Below, in pieces: positions 26,294 through 32,000 of a DNA stretch of 32,000 nt. The position numbers were made by a program, and so were the translations under genes. Numbering within the stretch: the stretch's first letter is position 1; every line of letters starts with the position of its first letter. The notes under the pieces were generated by a model. The model was not told where the DNA came from. It searched no databases and worked only from the letters and a program-made list of their open reading frames with translations. The stretch spans positions 6,709 to 38,708 of the forward strand of contig DAOVER010000029.1 in NCBI GenBank assembly GCA_030668875.1. The letters run 5' to 3'. The stretch is from Candidatus Heimdallarchaeota archaeon (GTDB lineage: Archaea; Asgardarchaeota; Heimdallarchaeia; Heimdallarchaeales; Heimdallarchaeaceae).

Positions 26294-27355
26294 ATGTCAT
26301 CCAATCAATCAACAACTTTTATGGCAACAAAAAAGAACGTTGCAGTTCTTGATTTTGGTCTAACAATACATAGAATCATAATTATAGACCCAGCTCATCC
26401 AGAAGAACCATTGAATTTTCAGAAAATTTATCTGCCTTTAAGAACAAAAAAAGAAGAATTGGAAGGCATTCTTAAAACATTATTGCGTTCCTATTCTGAT
26501 TATCATATTCGAAAATTCATTATTACTACTTCAAGCTCCTTCTACTCTTCTGCAAAAGAAACAATTGATTTTGTTATCCAATCTGTTACAAAATTCATTC
26601 AAAGCATGAATATGCTATGTTATACTATAGATGGTGATTTTATATTAATTGAAGAAGCGATAAAAATACCTGAGAAAATTGTATCAGCAGGATGGAAGGC
26701 ACTAGGAAAAGGTATTTGGGAACTAGTGGGAAAGGATGCCTTAATTGTTGACTTTTCCACACGAACAACCAGCTTTATACCAATAAAAGAAGGCAAAATC
26801 CTATCAGCTTCATCGTCTGATCATGAAAGAATGAAAAATAACGAGTTATCATATTATGGACTTCTTGAAACAAATGTAGCATTCATAAAACCGAAATTTG
26901 AATACAAAAGTGAAGTATTCAATCTACCTTTTGAACCGCATGCAGTAACAGCAGATGTTTTTCTTATCACAAACGATTTACCTCAAACAGACTATATTAT
27001 TGATACTCCTGATAAAAAAGCAAAATTCAAGGAAGATGCAATAAATAGGATTCGTAATATGTTATGTATAGTAGACGAATGTATGGAAGAAGAAGACTTG
27101 ATTGAGATAGCAGAACAACTTAAATCTCAGATGCTTGAAGAAATTAATGCTAATATTAAAAGAAAGTTAGAAGAATATAATTTGAATAGAGTAATTATAA
27201 CTGGTTCTGGTTCAAATGTACTCTACCAATATTTAAAAAACAAGATGATATATGGTGAATTAATACAAGCAACTGATATTATAAGATCAGCTGAAGTAAA
27301 TCCAGCATATTGTATCGCGTATCTTTATGCAAAAAAGATGATTGTTAATGGCTGA
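26294..27355 (+). CDS. Hydantoinase/oxoprolinase-family H4MPT-linked C1 transfer protein (MfnF-like), with degenerate active-site motifs
   Basis: DALIVDFSTRTTSFIPIKEG, SDHERMKNNELSYYG, AVTADVFLI, YIIDTPD...RIRNMLC follow the MfnF-family layout. Confidence 0.75.
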   Translation: MSSNQSTTFMATKKNVAVLDFGLTIHRIIIIDPAHPEEPLNFQKIYLPLRTKKEELEGILKTLLRSYSDYHIRKFIITTSSSFYSSAKETIDFVIQSVTKFIQSMNMLCYTIDGDFILIEEAIKIPEKIVSAGWKALGKGIWELVGKDALIVDFSTRTTSFIPIKEGKILSASSSDHERMKNNELSYYGLLETNVAFIKPKFEYKSEVFNLPFEPHAVTADVFLITNDLPQTDYIIDTPDKKAKFKEDAINRIRNMLCIVDECMEEEDLIEIAEQLKSQMLEEINANIKRKLEEYNLNRVIITGSGSNVLYQYLKNKMIYGELIQATDIIRSAEVNPAYCIAYLYAKKMIVNG

Positions 27356-28595
27356 AAGATCGGATCTTCTAAATAGAATCAATGTGATGTTATTTCACTT
27401 TGACCAAAGGTTAGGGCCTAGGTTGCTCTTTAACGTTGCAGAAATACAAGATACAAGAATAACAGCTTCTCTAACCAGACTTATGGATTTCAATTTCTTA
27501 GAAGAGATGAAAGCATTTGTAAATGCAATGGCAAATGTAGTTTACTCAAGTATGTTTTTCTCAATTCCTAATCCAATGGCTAGGGGAGGAGTAGAACAAT
27601 TCATGCTTTCTTTTGTTATATTTGATCCTACGATTACTGAATCTCTCACTATTTCTTCACTCGAAGAGGAGATGAATAAAACAATCAGCAGACTGATTGT
27701 ATTATCGGAAATGTTTATTGTTATAACTTATGCTAATCCCATTTTAGATGATTTTCCAGAGGTGGAAGATTGCTTAGCTTCTCTTAAAGACAATGCAATT
27801 AGTATTTTACAAGAATTGTTCTATGGTCAATTTGAGGGTCGAAAAGACGCAATTTCGCAGATTCTTGGTAAAGTAGGAAATGATGCTGGCAAAAAAATAT
27901 TTATGCGTCATCAACATAAACAAGATGATTCATTGCGCGTATATCTTAACACAATTCTCACATCTCCAATTGTTTCTAGATGGGGGGAGATTAGTGTTTT
28001 ACATTTTGATCCTGACGAAAAGGTTGCTACTGTTTCATTAAAAAACTCAATCTGGACAGAATCACTAGGTGTAATTGCAACTAAAGCTTGTGCCTATGTG
28101 GAAGGGATGTTAGAAGCAATATTCAGTCAACTATTAAACGAACCAATAGTTTGTAGTGAGATGAGATGTGCTGCTGAATATAGTTACGTTAATGATTGTA
28201 TTTTTCAAATAGCTCCTGGTCGCGTAAGTAGAGAGATCATATCCTATAGAGAAGATCAGACAATCAGGGAGATGGGAGACAAGGAGAGAGAAGAAACAAT
28301 GGAGTTGATAAAAGCAGATATTGGTGAGGAGTTCTACCCTGAATTAGATCCAATGATAAGATTAATTCAGCTCTTCAACAAAGCACCATTCATTCCAGAT
28401 CATTTCATCAATGAAACAGATGAAACTGTGAAATTCTTAGTCGTATGTAATTATTGGAGATATCCAGATGAGATTATTTGTAATTCATGTGAAAAATGGA
28501 TAAGAGATAGCAGTAAAATAGAAGTAAATCTCACAAAAAGTAAACACAGAATCTGTGAAATCATCTATGCAAAAGAAGTAGAACCGCGAGATTAG
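27348..28595 (+). CDS. Folliculin/uDENN-like longin domain fused to a V4R domain
   Basis: N-terminal LFHFDQRLGPRLLF and FSIPNPMARGG; V4R ACAYVEG...CSEMRC...DCIF; ATG 27348 overlaps the upstream gene by 8 nt. Confidence 0.7.
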   Translation: MAERSDLLNRINVMLFHFDQRLGPRLLFNVAEIQDTRITASLTRLMDFNFLEEMKAFVNAMANVVYSSMFFSIPNPMARGGVEQFMLSFVIFDPTITESLTISSLEEEMNKTISRLIVLSEMFIVITYANPILDDFPEVEDCLASLKDNAISILQELFYGQFEGRKDAISQILGKVGNDAGKKIFMRHQHKQDDSLRVYLNTILTSPIVSRWGEISVLHFDPDEKVATVSLKNSIWTESLGVIATKACAYVEGMLEAIFSQLLNEPIVCSEMRCAAEYSYVNDCIFQIAPGRVSREIISYREDQTIREMGDKEREETMELIKADIGEEFYPELDPMIRLIQLFNKAPFIPDHFINETDETVKFLVVCNYWRYPDEIICNSCEKWIRDSSKIEVNLTKSKHRICEIIYAKEVEPRD

Positions 28596-28682
28596 AGCTT
28601 TTTCACATTGTCAAAATAACAAAACCAAGAATTTCGTCAAGATTAACAAAATAAAAAAGAAGGGAATAGATAATAAATAAAT

Positions 28683-29438
28683 CTAATTTCTTTTTCTAGT
28701 TTTATTGATACTTGTTCCAATCATCCCCAAAAGGATTATTCCAAATAATAGACCGAAAATTGAGAAAGGAATAGGTGTTGTCTCGGGATCTGTAGTGTCT
28801 GGTGGGTCGCACATATTATCGAACTCATCTAGCCAACCACTGTTTGGTGCTATATCAACTGTTGTTAGGTTGGAAGTATTGGCAACACCTTGGATGACAT
28901 AACCTGTACCTAAAGGTTGTTCTCTAAAAAGAGCTCCTTCAGTATCATAAGAAATGGTGCTTCCTGAAACAACTGCTACATCTATGTTTGGATCAGTATC
29001 AACCCAATTATTTCCATCCCAGAAGAAACTACCAGTAACCTTAGCACTACCATCAGAAGTTAGATAATAGCGGAAGGCATTGAGATACGAGTTGTTTATC
29101 CATTGATCTCCATTCCAACGGCAATCAAAGTGAGCTAAATACTCATAAACATCAGTGCTCCAAGTTGAAGTATCAGGATTGGTATCCTCCATACTTGTAT
29201 CAATCCAGATATTATAGAAACGCCAATTAACCTCACTATCATTGAAATAGGGATCAGCATTTAGGGTGAGTTCCAAATAATTTTTTGAGATAGTCATATT
29301 TACGATATCTAGATAAGCTTTGGGAACATCACCTACAGGATCAACTTCCCAACCAGCATAAGAAAAATCAACATTGAAAAATGCTACAGAAAAAAGCATA
29401 ACAGAAAATAGTAAAAAGGCAAACTTACGTCCTTGCAT
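28683..29438 (-). CDS. Secreted, C-terminally anchored surface protein
   Basis: Signal peptide; DPVGD motif; Thr-rich linker TTDPETTPIPF, then a TM helix and KTRKRN. Confidence 0.8.
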   Translation of the reverse strand: MQGRKFAFLLFSVMLFSVAFFNVDFSYAGWEVDPVGDVPKAYLDIVNMTISKNYLELTLNADPYFNDSEVNWRFYNIWIDTSMEDTNPDTSTWSTDVYEYLAHFDCRWNGDQWINNSYLNAFRYYLTSDGSAKVTGSFFWDGNNWVDTDPNIDVAVVSGSTISYDTEGALFREQPLGTGYVIQGVANTSNLTTVDIAPNSGWLDEFDNMCDPPDTTDPETTPIPFSIFGLLFGIILLGMIGTSINKTRKRN

Positions 29439-29491
29439 AATATAATAACGCCTTTTCCGTTAAAAAACCTAACTTAATATGCAAGTGGATG

Positions 29492-29508
29492 AAAAAAAGA
29501 AAAAAGAA
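29492..29508 (-). terminator. U-rich terminator after the orphan fhs fragment
   Basis: Minus strand TTCTTTTTTCTTTTTTT, 10 nt after the fragment's TAA. Confidence 0.55.
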
Positions 29509-29518
29509 TGATTGAATG

Positions 29519-29722
29519 TTAGTTCAATCCGATTATTTCACCATCTTCTGTGTAATCCATTCTGTTAGCAGCTGGAACAGGAGGTAGTCCAGGAAGCAAG
29601 AACATGCTACCACAGACAGGAACGATGAAACGAGCACCAGTGTATAATCTGACTTCGTCGACGTTGAGAGTCCAACCTTTAGGAGCACCCATTAAACCAA
29701 TTTTATCAGAAAGACTTAGTTG
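29519..29722 (-). pseudogene. fhs: Orphan 3' fragment of formate--tetrahydrofolate ligase (67 codons plus stop)
   Basis: QLSLSDKIGLMGAPKGW...EDGEIIGLN*; 179/204 nt identical to 31763-31966; in-frame TAA three codons upstream, no 5' part. Confidence 0.92.
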
Positions 29723-29742
29723 ATTTTCTTATTCTCAAGATA

Positions 29743-31554
29743 TTATTTCCTATTATTCATTCTATTGAAAGAAGGTTTTCTTTTGTAAATTAAATAGAAA
29801 CTGGATAATCCTAAAGTACAAAGAATAAGTAAGCAGTTTTCTGCTGTTGTCTGTGTTACAGTACAAGGTCCTTCAACACAATATCCTGCTTGTTCAATAT
29901 AATATATTGCAGAATCAAGCTCATAACGATAAGGTTTCAAACTATCATCAAAATCTATACAAGAATCAGGCATAGGTATAATACCAGGCTGGGCTAAATA
30001 GGATAAACCTACTAAGATTTCAGATCTTGGTATAGCATGACTTATAGCTTTACGAATCAACCTAGCTGCTTCAGGAGTTCCAACAGGAGTTAATTCTCCA
30101 GTACCAATAACTGGATGCTTTAAGTTAATAGCTATTTCTTCATGAGCGAGTTCTTTCACTAAGTAACAATCATAACTTTCAAATCCCCAAAAAGCACATG
30201 GGAGAGGTTCAAAGTGGTAATCCATGATATCAATATGGCCTGCGAGTAATTCTGAATGAACATAATCAGTGTTAGAGAAAGGAATAAAATATAATTCATC
30301 CAAAAGTGGTTGTATTCCCCCAGAAGCAGTAAGGTTGTTCCAGTAAGGATTAGGAAGAAGCTTAACTGAACCGTTATCTGAATCATATACATCTAACATG
30401 AAAGGACCACAAGATTTGACCAATATATCAAGTACATTCCCCGTTAATGGAATTTCATTAAAAATGTTATATCCATGAGCTGCGATAGCTGGTTCAACAA
30501 TACTCTTATCCACAATACTATAAGACAGCAAACTGTGTGCAAAAGTGTATACTCGAGTTAGATTGAAGTTCAGAATATATGGATTAACAATTTCAATTGA
30601 ATCATTGGTTGTAAACCACTTTGTTAGATAATCGTAATTCGATGAATGAACAGCAGGAGTCATATATAATTCATAAGAGTACTTTACATCCTCAGCAAGA
30701 ACTGGGCTTCCATCACTGAATTTAGCATTTGGATCGATTGTAACTGTTAAATTCTTATAATCAGAACTATAAACAGCATCTGATGCAATAACAGGTTCCC
30801 ATGCATGGTTATACTGAGCTCTTTGATACAAAGATCCATAGACACATTGCATCCACTGAGCGTCATAGAATGTCTTTTGAACAAAAATATTTGGCTCTGC
30901 GAGCTTTTCAGGAAGAGCGTATTTGATAACATTATCATAATCATCTAGCCAATTTTCAGCACGATGATTGGAAATTGATAGTAAGAACCAATCAATATAA
31001 CTACTATTGGTAGAATACGCGAAGAGAAATCTTGGATAGACAATACATATTGAAGGCAAGTCTTCATAGAGTATTTCTTGCAGATCATGAGAATATTTAT
31101 TGCGTAGAATTGGATCAAATTCTGTCAAATATTTATCTAATTTAGCATCAAATGTGGTATTATTATATTGGTAGAAATTGTTTCCACTAGGATATAAACA
31201 TCGACTGCTATAAAGATCTGTTGGATCCCAATCAAGATCCCAAGACCACCTAACGAAGAGCAAATCATAACCGCCCTCAGCATATGTTGGAATATAATCA
31301 TAATCAATTAATGGATAAGAATAAGTTCGGGGAGCAATGTTATCCCAAGTTGTTGATTCATGTATTCTTACTCCTATCCCTATTTTTGAAAGATGTTCTT
31401 GGATCAACATAATCCATTGATTTCTTTCAGGGTCTGTATTTGGTGAAAGTAAATCAATGTAAAATGCGATATTCACATTTGCTTCAACTGGTTTCAAAAA
31501 GTATGGAGAACTAAAAAACAAAATTAAAAATAAAACGACAATTTTTTTATTCAT
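29743..31554 (-). CDS. ABC transporter substrate-binding protein, family 5 (peptide/nickel), circularly permuted, C-terminal TM anchor
   Basis: FSDGSPVLAEDVKYSY, KSCGPF, IRKAISHAIPR, LSKIGIGV, YDLLFVRW; signal peptide; C-terminal TM + KRK. Confidence 0.9.
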   Translation of the reverse strand: MNKKIVVLFLILFFSSPYFLKPVEANVNIAFYIDLLSPNTDPERNQWIMLIQEHLSKIGIGVRIHESTTWDNIAPRTYSYPLIDYDYIPTYAEGGYDLLFVRWSWDLDWDPTDLYSSRCLYPSGNNFYQYNNTTFDAKLDKYLTEFDPILRNKYSHDLQEILYEDLPSICIVYPRFLFAYSTNSSYIDWFLLSISNHRAENWLDDYDNVIKYALPEKLAEPNIFVQKTFYDAQWMQCVYGSLYQRAQYNHAWEPVIASDAVYSSDYKNLTVTIDPNAKFSDGSPVLAEDVKYSYELYMTPAVHSSNYDYLTKWFTTNDSIEIVNPYILNFNLTRVYTFAHSLLSYSIVDKSIVEPAIAAHGYNIFNEIPLTGNVLDILVKSCGPFMLDVYDSDNGSVKLLPNPYWNNLTASGGIQPLLDELYFIPFSNTDYVHSELLAGHIDIMDYHFEPLPCAFWGFESYDCYLVKELAHEEIAINLKHPVIGTGELTPVGTPEAARLIRKAISHAIPRSEILVGLSYLAQPGIIPMPDSCIDFDDSLKPYRYELDSAIYYIEQAGYCVEGPCTVTQTTAENCLLILCTLGLSSFYLIYKRKPSFNRMNNRK

Positions 31555-31713
31555 GATTGGTTTCCTTTTTATTTCTCAACTATAACATTAAGAATCATTT
31601 ATTTTAAAGATTCTGGAAGCAGTTTAGCAATATAATTAAGAAATAGTGCTAATTTTAATAAAAAACAAACATTCTAAGTTGTTATCATGAAATGAAAAAA
31701 ATTATAACTTTAC

Positions 31714-31738
31714 AAAAAAGAAAAAAAAGAGAGGAAAA
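31714..31738 (-). terminator. U-rich terminator after fhs
   Basis: Minus-strand T tract ~25-50 nt after the TAG at 31765-31763. Confidence 0.5.
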
Positions 31739-31762
31739 TCATCTCAAATTTCCTTTTCATAA

Positions 31763-32000
31763 CTAATTTAATCCTATTATCTCTCCGTCTTCGGTGTAGT
31801 CCATTCTGTTAGCAGCTGGAACTGGAGGTAGTCCAGGTAGCAAGAACATACTACCACAGACAGGAACGATGAAACGAGCACCAGTGTATAGACGAACTTC
31901 GTCGACGTTGAGAGTCCAATCAGTTGGAGCACCCATTAAACCAACTTTATCTGTGAGACTAAGTTGGGTTTTGGCCATACAAAGGGGGAAGTCAGCAAAA
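31763..32000 (-). CDS. fhs: Formate--tetrahydrofolate ligase, 3' end (gene continues beyond the window)
   Basis: FADFPLCMAKTQLSL...VRLYTGARFIVPVCGSMFLLPGLP..PAA..D.TEDGEIIGL matches the FTHFS C-terminus; frame is open to the window edge. Confidence 0.93.
   Translation of the reverse strand, partial: FADFPLCMAKTQLSLTDKVGLMGAPTDWTLNVDEVRLYTGARFIVPVCGSMFLLPGLPPVPAANRMDYTEDGEIIGLN

Noticed and set aside
29519-29692. 57-aa mini-protein from the internal Met of the fhs fragment
   Set aside because: No promoter or ribosome-binding site is evident; it is only a piece of the FTHFS fold
29519-31966. Prophage or integrative element with attL/attR sites
   Set aside because: The cargo is only ~2 kb with no integrase or mobility gene, and the repeats are only ~88% identical; kept as a recombination scar instead
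1-32000. CRISPR arrays, tRNA/rRNA genes, IS elements, inteins, Sec readthrough at TGA-ending genes
   Set aside because: No repeat-spacer periodicity, cloverleaf, transposase or intein motifs were seen; the frames I checked after TGA stops show no meaningful extension

Overview
AT-rich archaeal chromosomal segment, most likely from an Asgard archaeon (Heimdallarchaeia-like). This is inferred from the combination of archaeal core genes (TBP, thermosome, RadA, eS25, XPB-Bax1, HisRS) with eukaryote-signature-like proteins (RING, Arf-like GTPase, longin-like and V4R domains, many TPR proteins). About 25 CDS are present; I saw no rRNA, tRNA, CRISPR array or transposase. Highlights: (1) a protein whose N-terminus matches folliculin/SMCR8 longin motifs, including the putative GAP arginine, fused to a V4R domain and overlapping the end of a degenerate MfnF-like gene; (2) an unannotated intergenic box C/D-type RNA on the minus strand at 9569-9645; (3) an orphan 204-bp copy of the fhs 3' end (about 88% identical, mostly synonymous changes) which, with the main fhs, brackets a circularly permuted ABC binding-protein gene and suggests a recombination or gene-capture scar; (4) tandem TGTAAC-N6-GTTACA palindromes upstream of a PEF-CTERM beta-helix gene; (5) an atypical Arf-like GTPase with a longin-like tail; (6) a TPR gene split by one in-frame TAA. 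All family assignments come from motif recognition by eye; no database searches were run.
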